This document shows positions 19,184-28,726 of a DNA stretch of 32,000 nucleotides, one piece after another. Origin of the DNA: Dickeya dadantii NCPPB 898 (GTDB lineage: Bacteria > Pseudomonadota > Gammaproteobacteria > Enterobacterales > Enterobacteriaceae); NCBI RefSeq assembly GCF_000406145.1, contig NZ_CM001976.1, positions 3,419,263-3,451,262 on the forward strand. Direction: 5' to 3'. The position numbers and the translations under genes were made by a program. The notes beneath the pieces were generated by a model. The model did no database searches, had not been told where the DNA came from, and was given only the letters and a program-made list of their open reading frames with translations. The first letter of the stretch is position 1, and each line of letters starts with the position of its first letter.

Positions 19184-20245
19184 ATGAAAAAAACAGCTAT
19201 CGCGATTGCAGTGGCACTGGCTGGCTTTGCTACCGTAGCACAAGCCGCACCGAACGATAACACCTGGTATGCGGGTGCTAAACTGGGTTGGTCCCAGTAC
19301 CACGACACCGGCCTGACCGGCAATGGTTACAACGTGACCAACGCTGCGCAGAACCAACTGGGTGCCGGCGCATTCGGTGGTTATCAGGCTAACCCGTATC
19401 TGGGTTTTGAAATGGGCTACGACTGGCTGGGCCGTATGAAGTATAACGGCGGCAACCAGGGCAGCTTCAAAGCTCAGGGCGTTCAGCTGGCAGCTAAGCT
19501 GAGCTACCCGATCGTTGACGATCTGGACATCTACACCCGTCTGGGTGGTTTTGTATGGCGTGCAGACAGCCACGACAACTCCGGCCTGAACGACCACGAC
19601 ACCGGCGTTTCTCCGCTGGCAGCTGTGGGTGTTGAATACGCTATCACCAAAAACTGGGCAACCCGTCTGGACTACCAGTGGGTGAACAACATCGGCGACG
19701 CGTCCACCGTTGGCGGTCGTCCGGACAATGGCCTGCTGAGCGTGGGCGTTTCTTACCGTTTCGGTCAGGAAACTGCTGCTCCGGCTCCGGTTATTGCTGC
19801 TCCGGCCCCGACTCCGGCTCCGGCTCCGGTTGTTCAGACCAAACGTTTCACCCTGAAGTCTGACGTACTGTTCAACTTCAACAAAGCAACTCTGAAACCG
19901 GAAGGTCAGCGTTCTCTGGACCAGCTGTACTCTCAGCTGAGCACTCTGGATCCGAAAGACGGTTCCGTAGTCGTTCTGGGCTTCACCGACCATCTGGGTT
20001 CCGACCAGTACAACCAGACTCTGTCCACCAAACGTGCACAGACTGTTGTTGACTACCTGGTTCACAAAGGTATCCCGGCTAACAAGATCTCTGCTCGCGG
20101 TATGGGTAAAGCTAACCCGGTTAGCGGTTCTACCTGCACTAACGTGAAAGCTCGCGCTGCACTGATCGATTGCCTGGCACCGGATCGTCGTGTAGAGATC
20201 GAAGTGAAAGGCATCAAAGACGTAGTTACTCAGCCTCAGGCTTAA
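19184..20245 (+). CDS. ompA: Outer membrane protein A
   Basis: From the ATG at 19184, [21 protein letters not shown]|[18 protein letters not shown]... It has the 8-strand beta-barrel region, an Ala-Pro hinge ([20 protein letters not shown]) and an OmpA C-terminal peptidoglycan-binding domain. GAGG lies 7 nt upstream. The ORF-track start is 10 codons too far upstream. Confidence 0.97.
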   Translation: MKKTAIAIAVALAGFATVAQAAPNDNTWYAGAKLGWSQYHDTGLTGNGYNVTNAAQNQLGAGAFGGYQANPYLGFEMGYDWLGRMKYNGGNQGSFKAQGVQLAAKLSYPIVDDLDIYTRLGGFVWRADSHDNSGLNDHDTGVSPLAAVGVEYAITKNWATRLDYQWVNNIGDASTVGGRPDNGLLSVGVSYRFGQETAAPAPVIAAPAPTPAPAPVVQTKRFTLKSDVLFNFNKATLKPEGQRSLDQLYSQLSTLDPKDGSVVVLGFTDHLGSDQYNQTLSTKRAQTVVDYLVHKGIPANKISARGMGKANPVSGSTCTNVKARAALIDCLAPDRRVEIEVKGIKDVVTQPQA

Positions 20246-20306
20246 TCGCCGCTGAAATTACGTTTACAAGAGGTACGGTAATCTAATAGGTTGCGGTTAC
20301 TTCCAC

Positions 20307-20346
20307 AAAAAGCAGTCTCTGTTTTTACAGAAGCTGCTTTTTTTAT
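20307..20346 (+). terminator. Probable intrinsic terminator of ompA
   Basis: AAAAAGCAGTCTCTG-TTTTT-ACAGAAGCTGC forms an imperfect stem followed by a run of 8 T. It lies about 60 nt after the ompA stop. Confidence 0.65.
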
Positions 20347-20513
20347 TTCCGAAAATCTCCCAACAATAACCTCATCCTGCCTGGGAATTTCTCTTTACCT
20401 TCATAACATAAATCGATGTCACGACAGAACTCGCGGTTATAGAAACGCCGACATGTCAGTCATAATAACGACGTGGTACAGATGTACTTTCCTACCGAAA
20501 AATAAATCAGCGT

Positions 20514-20785
20514 TATACCCTAAATAATTCGAGTTACAGGACAACACGCTGATGTATTAAGCAACGCCACACGTTGTCCCTTTAGGGCAAGACTCATTTT
20601 GAGCCTTGTAACGCAGCAACCAAGTGAATATCCAGGGGATTACATAAGTAAGTGACTGGGATATGCGACAAATCTGCCGGAAGCAGATTTAAACGCAACG
20701 CGCTGCGGCCCCAAAGGGGCGAGGCACAGGGATGTTCCGGGTAATAAAGCCAGCGCACCTGCAACTTGAGGTAGCACAGATATAT
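20514..20785. repeat. ERIC/IRU element (enterobacterial repetitive intergenic consensus), enlarged copy
   Basis: The termini TATACCCTAAATAATTCGAGTTACAGG and CACCTGCAACTTGAGGTAGCACAGATATA match the ERIC ends. The central core GTGAATATCCAGGGGATTACATAAGTAAGTGACTGGGATATGCG (20623-20666) matches the ERIC1R and ERIC2 primer regions (about 16/22 and 18/22 by eye). At about 272 bp it is roughly twice the canonical length of about 127 bp. Confidence 0.8.
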
Positions 20786-21730
20786 AAAAACACATCGGAT
20801 AGCTTCATGAATTACCGACTTTAAAATGGCCCCGGTAAAATAATGATTAGATTAGTGGTTAAAAGATAAGAAAATAGAGAAAATATACAGCAGATAAAAA
20901 ATCACATGATTACTCCCCTCTGTTTAGAGGTGAGTACATAATAGGCCATAGAACCAGCATAAAAACGAAATTCCTGTTAATTTTTGCAGACTAAAAGCGC
21001 GCTGCAGCATACGGACTATCATTCAGGTAAAGCCAATTCGGCATCCACAGACGCTATCACACGTGATTACAGTCAAAATAGTAGTGATGATTAGTGTACA
21101 AGTGAATTCATTCACGAAAACGACACCGCAGCTGGCTATACCGGGCTATTTTAGCAATCCAGATAGTCTGTCGCAGGCACCTGACCGGATTGGTTAAGGA
21201 TACTATTTTCTATGAATTATGAGAAAAAGCGAACGGGCGTTCATAATATTACCGACTATTTTGATATTTATTTCTCATATCAACCAGACCGGCCGTTCTG
21301 GTCTGGCCGATTTATCATGCCATTGAAGCAAACCAGCAAAGTTCTGTTGTCTGGCTGGAAATAAACCGTGGCAGGATAAAGAATTACAGATACGAGCTAA
21401 AGTTCATGCCTGTTTGAATAATACGTTGTTTAAAAGCAGGCCGGCGTTCGCAGCGAACTCGATCGCCTAAGGTGTTCTGGGTAAGGTGCTGACTGGAAAA
21501 CTATGTAGTCGAGAATAGGTAATATGTCGTGGAGAATATGCAGTTGGGAAAATAAGCCGTACGTCTTCACCTTGCTGGCAACCCGTATCCGCTACTGATT
21601 GATAACACCTCGCCACGCTGTTCAAAAAAATAGCATCGGCGCGCACATGAGCACATAAGATGTGGGCGGGAATCCAACGCCGGCCCCCGCCCTGTTATGC
21701 CGCGCCGCCGCAACGGCTTACGCCCCTCTA

Positions 21731-22693
21731 TCAGGCGCTGGCGGCATTCAGTTGCTCAATCTCCTGAGACGTCAGCGTCAGCCGGGTCGCGCTGGCCAGT
21801 TCCGCCACCTGTTCGACCGAGGTGGCGCTAACTATCGGCGACGTCACGCCGGGCCGGGCAATCAGCCACGCCAGAGCGACCTGACCCGGCGTCGTGCGAT
21901 GTGCCTCGGCCACCTGATCCAGTGCGTTTAGGATCGCCAGACCGCGCGGGTTGAGATAACGCTCCACCACCCCCTGACCGCGCGCACTTTTGGCGGCATC
22001 GGCAGCCGTGCGGTATTTGCCGGACAAAAAGCCGCTCGCCAGCGAATAATACCCGATCACTCCCAGCCCGTTGGCCTTCACCACCGGTTCCAGCGTGGCT
22101 TCATAGTGCTGACGATCGTACAGATTGTATTCCGGTTGCAGGGTTTCATAACGCGCCAGGTGGTTATCCTTGCTGACCTGCAACGCCTGCGCCAGACGTT
22201 CGCCTTCGTAATTGGATGCACCGATGGCGCGTACCTTGCCTTCGCGAATCAGCGCGTCGAACGCCGACAGCGTCTCTTCCAGCGGGGTACTTTTATCATC
22301 ATCATGGGATTGATACAGGTCGATATAGTCGGTCTGCAGGCGACGCAGCGAATCTTCCACCGCCCGACGAATGTAAGCGGCAGACAACCCGTGCCGTTCG
22401 CCGCCCATGTCCTTGCCCACTTTGGTGGCGATAATCACCCGATCGCGGTTTCCACGCTGTTTCAGCCAGTTGCCAATAATGCTTTCCGACTCACCGCCTT
22501 TATTGCCCGGCGCCCAGGTCGAATACACATCGGCGGTATCAATAAAGTGCAGCCCCTGATCCAGCAGGGCGTCCAGCACCCGAAACGAGGCTGACTCGTC
22601 AATGGTCCAGCCAAACACGTTGCCGCCGAAAGTCAGCAACGGCACCCGAATTCCTGAATGTCCTAGTTCACGTAATGCGTCAGACGCAGGCAT
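21731..22693 (-). CDS. Aldo/keto reductase family oxidoreductase
   Basis: A 320-aa protein from the ATG at 22693, with AAGGAG exactly 6 nt upstream. AKR signatures are present: GGNVFGW, FIDTADVY, GESE..IG.W, ATK, LDYIDLYQSH, GASNY, IARPGVTSPIVSATS. The ORF-track N-terminus (MMKIPRRQPRRAGKQHKE) is rejected. Confidence 0.9.
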   Translation of the reverse strand: MPASDALRELGHSGIRVPLLTFGGNVFGWTIDESASFRVLDALLDQGLHFIDTADVYSTWAPGNKGGESESIIGNWLKQRGNRDRVIIATKVGKDMGGERHGLSAAYIRRAVEDSLRRLQTDYIDLYQSHDDDKSTPLEETLSAFDALIREGKVRAIGASNYEGERLAQALQVSKDNHLARYETLQPEYNLYDRQHYEATLEPVVKANGLGVIGYYSLASGFLSGKYRTAADAAKSARGQGVVERYLNPRGLAILNALDQVAEAHRTTPGQVALAWLIARPGVTSPIVSATSVEQVAELASATRLTLTSQEIEQLNAASA

Positions 22694-22947
22694 TGTCATC
22701 TCCTTGTGTTGTTTCCCAGCCCGACGAGGTTGCCGGCGGGGAATCTTCATCACAGCATTTTCCAGTCAGACATGATGAAATCGCCCTGACATCACCCAGA
22801 CAGAAGTGAATGCTATGAGACCCACGCTTTAGTTTAGGTTATTTTCCGCGATATAATCTCGCTTTTGCGCCTTACGTCTCATTTTAAGCGCAATCGTTAC
22901 ATAAAATGACGACCAAAAATCGGCCCCTATCATAATTTGGAGCAAAC

Positions 22948-24129
22948 ATGTCCAACATTCTGCAATTTATTCTGGCGCTGCTCGTTGTCGCCGGCCTGTC
23001 ACTGCTGGTGTGCCGCGATCGCAAAAGCATTCGCGTCAGGTATATTGTTCAACTTTTAGTCATTGAAATTCTGCTTGCCTACTTCTTCCTTTATTCCAGC
23101 GCAGGGTTGGGTTTCGTTAAAGGCTTCGCGGGTCTGTTTGACAAGCTGCTCAGTTTCGCTGGCGAAGGCACCACCTTCGTCTTCGGCAACATCGGTAACA
23201 ATAGTTTCGTGTTCTTCCTGAAAGTACTGTGCCCGATCGTATTCATTTCCGCGCTGATCGGTATTTTGCAGCACATCAAAGTCCTGCCGTTCATCATCCG
23301 CCTGATCGGTACCATTCTGTCCAAGGTCAACGGCATGGGCAAACTGGAGTCCTTCAACGCCGTCAGCTCGCTGATTCTGGGCCAGTCTGAAAACTTCATC
23401 GCTTATAAAGACATTCTGGGGCAAATGTCCGAGAAGCGGATGTACACCATGGCCGCCACCGCCATGTCCACGGTATCGATGTCGATCGTCGGAGCCTACA
23501 TGTCGATGCTGGACGCCAAATACGTCGTGGCGGCGCTGGTACTCAACATGTTCAGCACCTTCATCGTGCTGTCGCTCATCAACCCCTACGACACCAACGA
23601 AGAGAAAGAACTGCACCTGAGCAATCTGCACGAAGGTCAGAGCTTCTTCGAAATGCTGGGCGAATACATTCTGGCGGGTTTCAAGGTCGCGGTAATCGTC
23701 GCCGCGATGCTGATCGGTTTCATCGCGCTGATCGCCGGCATCAACGCCCTGTTCAGCGCCGTGTTCGGTCTGAGTTTCCAGGAAGTGTTGGGCTACGCGT
23801 TCTATCCGCTCGCCTGGGTGATGGGCATTCCGAAAGCCGAAGCGCTGCAGGTCGGCAGTATTATGGCGACCAAACTGGTTTCCAACGAATTCGTCGCCAT
23901 GATGGAGCTGCAGAAAGTGGCCGGTCAGCTGTCGCCGCGCAGCGTCGGCATTCTGTCGGTCTTCCTGGTGTCTTTCGCCAACTTCTCGTCGATCGGCATC
24001 GTGGCCGGCGCTATCAAAGGCCTAAACGAAATGCAGGGCAACACCGTTTCCCGTTTCGGCCTGAAACTGGTGTACGGCTCTACGCTGGTCAGCCTGCTGT
24101 CCGCTGCCGTTGCCGGGCTGGTGCTGTAA
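22948..24129 (+). CDS. nupC: Nucleoside:H+ symporter NupC (CNT family)
   Basis: A 393-aa ORF collinear with E. coli NupC ([27 protein letters not shown]...[62 protein letters not shown]...). Confidence 0.95.
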   Translation: MSNILQFILALLVVAGLSLLVCRDRKSIRVRYIVQLLVIEILLAYFFLYSSAGLGFVKGFAGLFDKLLSFAGEGTTFVFGNIGNNSFVFFLKVLCPIVFISALIGILQHIKVLPFIIRLIGTILSKVNGMGKLESFNAVSSLILGQSENFIAYKDILGQMSEKRMYTMAATAMSTVSMSIVGAYMSMLDAKYVVAALVLNMFSTFIVLSLINPYDTNEEKELHLSNLHEGQSFFEMLGEYILAGFKVAVIVAAMLIGFIALIAGINALFSAVFGLSFQEVLGYAFYPLAWVMGIPKAEALQVGSIMATKLVSNEFVAMMELQKVAGQLSPRSVGILSVFLVSFANFSSIGIVAGAIKGLNEMQGNTVSRFGLKLVYGSTLVSLLSAAVAGLVL

Positions 24130-24175
24130 CCCTGCCGTCTTGAGAATGACATCTCGCTGACACACCCGGCATACG

Positions 24176-24209
24176 ATCCCCGGCGTTCACCGCGCCGGGG
24201 ATTCTTTTT
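24176..24209 (+). terminator. Intrinsic terminator of nupC
   Basis: ATCCCCGGCG-TTCACCG-CGCCGGGGAT forms a perfect 10-bp stem followed by TCTTTTT. Confidence 0.85.
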
Positions 24210-24341
24210 CTACAAACCCTGACATATCTTCCATATTTCCTCCATTTTTGTCCTCGGTTCACTGTTTAAACTAGTATCATAATATTCAGTGTTTCATGGG
24301 CTTATCTTGGCCTGTGCTGATTGGAGGTTCCTTCCATAGCT

Positions 24342-25586
24342 ATGAACGCCGCACGCTTATTTCGTTTTCTGATACTGGCTGTCGTTATTGCCGCGGCGTT
24401 TTTCGCCTGGCGTTATTTTCATCCATCACAACCAGAACCCGCCAACGGGGCAACCAGCACACAGCAATCCACCCGTCAGGGACAAGGCCGGAGCGGCGGC
24501 GGGCGCCGCGGTTCTTCGGCGCCGCCGCCGGTACAGGCCGCGCTCTCTTCTTCCTCCTCGGTGCCTTATTACCTGTCGGGTCTGGGGACGGTTACCGCCG
24601 CCAACACCGTCACGGTGCACAGCCGAGTCAGTGGTCAGTTGATGGCACTCCACTTCCAGGAAGGACAACAGGTCAAAGAAGGCGAATTGCTGGCGGAAAT
24701 CGATCCGCGGCCGTTCGTGGTGGCGCTGACGCAGGCACAGGGGCAACTGGCTAAAGATCAGGCGCTGCTGGTCAACGCCCGTCAGGATCTGGCCCGCTAT
24801 CAGCAACTGTCCAAAACCAGTCTGGTTTCCGGCCAGCAACTGGATACCCAGCAATCGCTGGTGCGCCAGTATGAAGCGACGGTGAAATCGGATCAGGGTT
24901 CGGTCGCCAGCGCGCAGTTGCAGCTGGATTACAGCCGCATCACCGCGCCGTTTAGCGGCCGCGTCGGCCTGCGTCAGATTGACATCGGCAACTACGTCAC
25001 CAGCACCGACAACCTGCTGGTGTTAACGCAAACCCACCCTATCGACGCCGTTTTCACCGTGCCGGAAAGCGATATCGCCACCGTGCTGAAAGCGCAGAAA
25101 TCCGGTCAGCCGGTACTGGTGGAAGCCTGGGATCGCGCCAATCAACACATTCTCTCCCAGGGCCGGCTGCTGAGTATGGATAACCAGATCGATGCCACCA
25201 CCGGTACGCTCAAACTGAAAGCCCGCTTCGACAACGCCGACGATGCGCTGTTCCCCAATCAGTTCGTCAATATCAAGATGAAAGTGGATACCCTGCAAAA
25301 TGTGGTGGTGGCGCCGTCGGCCGCGATCCAGATGGGTAACGAAGGGCGCTTTGTCTGGGTATTGAACGACCAGGATCAGGTCAGCAAACACATAGTCACC
25401 ACCGGTATTCAGTACGGCCAGCAAACCGTAGTCTCGACCGGGTTGAACGCCGGCGAACGGGTGGTTACCGACGGGATCGATCGCCTGACCGAAGGCGCGC
25501 GCGTTGAAGTGCTGGCGCCCGCAACGGCGGATACCAAATCCACCGCCGGCACGGAAAAACGTCAGCATAAAGCGGAGAAATCCTGA
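24342..25586 (+). CDS. mdtA: RND efflux membrane-fusion protein MdtA
   Basis: Collinear with E. coli MdtA ([43 protein letters not shown]...GQLAKD...ITAP..GRVGL...[16 protein letters not shown]...[26 protein letters not shown]). The ATG at 24342 is preferred over the TTG at 24321. The stop overlaps the mdtB start. Confidence 0.93.
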   Translation: MNAARLFRFLILAVVIAAAFFAWRYFHPSQPEPANGATSTQQSTRQGQGRSGGGRRGSSAPPPVQAALSSSSSVPYYLSGLGTVTAANTVTVHSRVSGQLMALHFQEGQQVKEGELLAEIDPRPFVVALTQAQGQLAKDQALLVNARQDLARYQQLSKTSLVSGQQLDTQQSLVRQYEATVKSDQGSVASAQLQLDYSRITAPFSGRVGLRQIDIGNYVTSTDNLLVLTQTHPIDAVFTVPESDIATVLKAQKSGQPVLVEAWDRANQHILSQGRLLSMDNQIDATTGTLKLKARFDNADDALFPNQFVNIKMKVDTLQNVVVAPSAAIQMGNEGRFVWVLNDQDQVSKHIVTTGIQYGQQTVVSTGLNAGERVVTDGIDRLTEGARVEVLAPATADTKSTAGTEKRQHKAEKS

Positions 25587-28500
25587 TGCAGGAGCCGACG
25601 CCGTTACAGGACGCCACGCCGCTCGACGGCGGTGGGCCGTCGCGCCTGTTTATTCTCAGGCCGATTGCCACCACGCTGCTGATGATCGCCATCCTGCTGG
25701 CCGGGATCGTAGGCTATCGCGCGTTGCCGGTCTCCGCGCTGCCGGAGGTGGACTACCCGACGATTCAGGTTGTTACGCTGTACCCCGGCGCCAGTCCGGA
25801 CGTCATGACCTCGGCGGTCACCGCGCCGCTGGAACACCAGTTCGGCAGTATGTCCGGCCTCAAGCAGATGTCGAGCCAAAGCTCCGGCGGCTCGTCGGTG
25901 ATCACGCTGCAGTTCCAGCTTACGCTGCCGCTGGATGTGGCGGAACAGGATGTGCAGGCGGCCATTAACGCCGCCACCAATCTGCTGCCTAGCGATCTGC
26001 CGTTTCCGCCCACCTACAGCAAGGTAAACCCGGCGGATCCGCCGATCATGACGCTGGCGGTCACCTCCACCGCCCTGCCGCTGACGCAGGTGCAGGATAT
26101 GATCGAAACGCGCATCGCGCAGAAAATCGCCCAGGTGGAGGGCGTCGGGCTGGTTACCCTGGCCGGCGGACAACGGCCATCGGTGCGGGTTAAGCTCAAT
26201 CCGGGCGCGCTGGCTGCCTACGGCCTGAGCAGCGAAACGGTGCGCACCGCCATCACCGCCGCCAACGTCAACACCCCCAAAGGCAGCTTTGACGGCCCGG
26301 CGCGTTCGGTCACGCTCTCCGCCAACGACCAGATGCGTTCGCTCGATGACTATCGCCAGTTGATCATTACCTGGAAAAACAACGCCCCGGTGCGGCTGCA
26401 GGATGTCGCCACGGTGGAGCAGGCGGCGGAAAACACCTATCTGGCAGCGTGGGCTAACCAGAATCAGGCGATTGTCCTCAACATTCAGCGTCAGCCGGGA
26501 GCCAACGTGATTGCTACCGCCGACCACATCCGCAGCTTGCTGCCGACGCTGAAAGCCAGTTTACCCAAGTCGGTGGACGTCGCCCTGCTCACCGACCGTA
26601 CCACCACCATCCGCGCGTCGGTGGACGATGTACAGTTTGAGCTGATTTTGGCTATCGCATTGGTAGTGATGGTGATTTACCTGTTCCTGCGCAACGCGGT
26701 GGCGACGCTGATCCCCAGCATCGCGGTGCCGTTGTCGCTGGTGGGCACCTTCGCCGCCATGTATTTTCTCGGTTTTTCGATCAACAACCTGACGCTGATG
26801 GCGCTGACCATCGCCACCGGCTTCGTGGTGGATGACGCCATCGTGGTGATCGAAAACATCGCCCGCTATATCGAGAAGGGTGAAAAACCGCTGCAGGCGG
26901 CACTGAAAGGCGCGGGGGAAATCGGCTTTACCATTATCTCGCTGACCTTTTCGCTGATCGCGGTGCTGATCCCGCTGCTGTTCATGGGCGATATCATCGG
27001 TCGCCTGTTCCGCGAGTTCGCCGTGACGCTGGCGGTGTCGATCCTGATCTCCGCCGTAGTGTCGCTGACGCTGACGCCGATGATGTGCGCACGCCTGCTC
27101 AGCCATCACTCGCTGAGCCAGCAGAACCGTTTTACCCGCGCCAGCGAAAAATTCTTTGATTGGGTCATCGCGTGGTACGGCCGTGGTCTGACGCGGGTAC
27201 TCAGCCATCCGTGGATTACCCTCAGCGTCGCGCTGAGCACGCTGGTGCTGACCATCCTGCTGTATATCGTGATCCCCAAAGGCTTTTTCCCGATTCAGGA
27301 CAACGGCATCATTCAGGGCACCGTGCAGGCGTCGCAAACCATCTCCTTCACCGGCATGGTGGACAAACAGCAGCAGGTCACTTCGCTTATCATGCAGGAC
27401 CCGGCGGTGGAAAGCGTCTCGTCGTTTATCGGCGTCGACGGCACCAACCCGTCGCTCAACAGCGGCAGATTGCAGATCAACCTGAAACCGTTGGATGAGC
27501 GCAGCGACCGTATTCAGGGCGTGATTGAACGACTGCAACAACGGACGTCCGCCCTGCCCGGCGTGCAGCTTTATCTGCAACCGGTGCAGGATCTGACCAT
27601 TGATACCCAGGTCAGCCGCACCCAGTATCAGTTCACCCTGCAAACCATGTCGCTGGACGAACTCAGCACCTGGGTGCCGAAACTGACCGCCGAGCTACAG
27701 AAACTGCCGCAGTTGCAGGATGTCAGCAGTGACTGGCAGGACAGCGGCGCGGTGGCCTACCTCAAGGTCAACCGCGACAGCGCCAGCCGTCTCGGCATCA
27801 CCATGTCGCAGGTGGACAGCGCGTTGTACAACGCCTTCGGTCAGCGACTGATCTCCACCATTTACACCCAGTCCAACCAGTACCGGGTGGTGCTGGAGCA
27901 GCGCCACGACAGCAGCAACGGGCTGGCGGCGCTGGACGATATCCGGTTGATCAACAGTAGCGGCGGCGTGGTACCGCTCAACAGCATCGCCTCGGTGGAA
28001 GAGCGTCAGGGGCCGTTGTCTGTCAATCATATCGATCAGTTCCCCTCCACCACCATTTCGTTCAACGTGGCGTCCGGCTACGCGCTGGGGGATGCGCTGA
28101 AAGTCATTCAGCAGACGCAGCAACAGATGCAGTTGCCCAGCGACATCATCACCCGCTTTCAGGGCAGCACGCTGGCGTTTCAGTCGGCGCTGACCAGCAC
28201 CATCTGGCTGGTGGTGGCCGCGGTGGTGGCAATGTATATCGTGCTGGGCGTGCTGTATGAAAGCTTTATCCACCCGGTCACCATTCTGTCCACCCTGCCG
28301 ACCGCCGGGGTCGGCGCGCTGCTGGCGTTGATGATCGCCGGCAGCGATCTGAACATCATCGCCATCATCGGCATCATTTTGCTGATCGGCATCGTGAAGA
28401 AGAACGCCATCATGATGATCGATTTTGCGCTGGCCGCCGAACGCGAACAGGGGATGACGCCGTATCAGGCCATTTATCAGGCTTGCCTGCTGCGTTTCCG

Positions 28501-28726
28501 CCCGATCCTGATGACCACGATGGCGGCGCTGCTCAGCGCCGTGCCGCTGATGTTCAGTACCGGCGTGGGCGCGGAGCTGCGCCGCCCGCTCGGCATCTGT
28601 ATGGTCGGCGGGCTGGTGATGAGCCAGGTGCTGACGCTGTTCACCACGCCGGTGATCTATCTGCTGTTTGACCGCCTGGCGCATCGTCTGCGTCGCCGTC
28701 AGCCGCAGGAAGGGGAAGCACAGTGA
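25586..28726 (+). CDS. mdtB: RND multidrug efflux transporter subunit MdtB
   Basis: A 1046-aa ORF, near-collinear with E. coli MdtB ([116 protein letters not shown]). Its ATG shares one base with the mdtA TGA. Confidence 0.97.
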   Translation: MQEPTPLQDATPLDGGGPSRLFILRPIATTLLMIAILLAGIVGYRALPVSALPEVDYPTIQVVTLYPGASPDVMTSAVTAPLEHQFGSMSGLKQMSSQSSGGSSVITLQFQLTLPLDVAEQDVQAAINAATNLLPSDLPFPPTYSKVNPADPPIMTLAVTSTALPLTQVQDMIETRIAQKIAQVEGVGLVTLAGGQRPSVRVKLNPGALAAYGLSSETVRTAITAANVNTPKGSFDGPARSVTLSANDQMRSLDDYRQLIITWKNNAPVRLQDVATVEQAAENTYLAAWANQNQAIVLNIQRQPGANVIATADHIRSLLPTLKASLPKSVDVALLTDRTTTIRASVDDVQFELILAIALVVMVIYLFLRNAVATLIPSIAVPLSLVGTFAAMYFLGFSINNLTLMALTIATGFVVDDAIVVIENIARYIEKGEKPLQAALKGAGEIGFTIISLTFSLIAVLIPLLFMGDIIGRLFREFAVTLAVSILISAVVSLTLTPMMCARLLSHHSLSQQNRFTRASEKFFDWVIAWYGRGLTRVLSHPWITLSVALSTLVLTILLYIVIPKGFFPIQDNGIIQGTVQASQTISFTGMVDKQQQVTSLIMQDPAVESVSSFIGVDGTNPSLNSGRLQINLKPLDERSDRIQGVIERLQQRTSALPGVQLYLQPVQDLTIDTQVSRTQYQFTLQTMSLDELSTWVPKLTAELQKLPQLQDVSSDWQDSGAVAYLKVNRDSASRLGITMSQVDSALYNAFGQRLISTIYTQSNQYRVVLEQRHDSSNGLAALDDIRLINSSGGVVPLNSIASVEERQGPLSVNHIDQFPSTTISFNVASGYALGDALKVIQQTQQQMQLPSDIITRFQGSTLAFQSALTSTIWLVVAAVVAMYIVLGVLYESFIHPVTILSTLPTAGVGALLALMIAGSDLNIIAIIGIILLIGIVKKNAIMMIDFALAAEREQGMTPYQAIYQACLLRFRPILMTTMAALLSAVPLMFSTGVGAELRRPLGICMVGGLVMSQVLTLFTTPVIYLLFDRLAHRLRRRQPQEGEAQ

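Noticed and set aside
19775-19840. Tandem GCTCCG-type hexanucleotide repeats encoding [20 protein letters not shown] in ompA.
   Set aside because: This is the normal Ala-Pro hinge between the OmpA barrel and its periplasmic domain. Its length varies among enterobacteria, and nothing suggests a phase-variation tract.
20291-20527. A 78-aa ORF immediately downstream of ompA.
   Set aside because: It starts at TTG with no Shine-Dalgarno sequence, runs straight through the ompA terminator hairpin and into the ERIC element, and its sequence has no recognisable family features.
21023-21115. A 30-codon hydrophobic, Cys-rich minus-strand frame (VNEFTCTLIITTILTVITCDSVCGCRIGFT) that superficially resembles a type I toxin peptide.
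   Set aside because: It has only a GTG start and no Shine-Dalgarno sequence. I could identify no antisense RNA partner or flanking promoter/terminator pair, and it does not resemble Hok, Ldr, Ibs, TisB or ShoB. Short hydrophobic frames are common by chance in AT-rich DNA.
21664-21692. A GC-rich hairpin (GGGCGGG-N15-CCCGCCC) just downstream of the aldo-keto reductase stop.
   Set aside because: It has a large 15-nt loop and no U-tract on either strand, so I cannot support it as an intrinsic terminator. It may contribute to 3'-end stability, but that is speculation.
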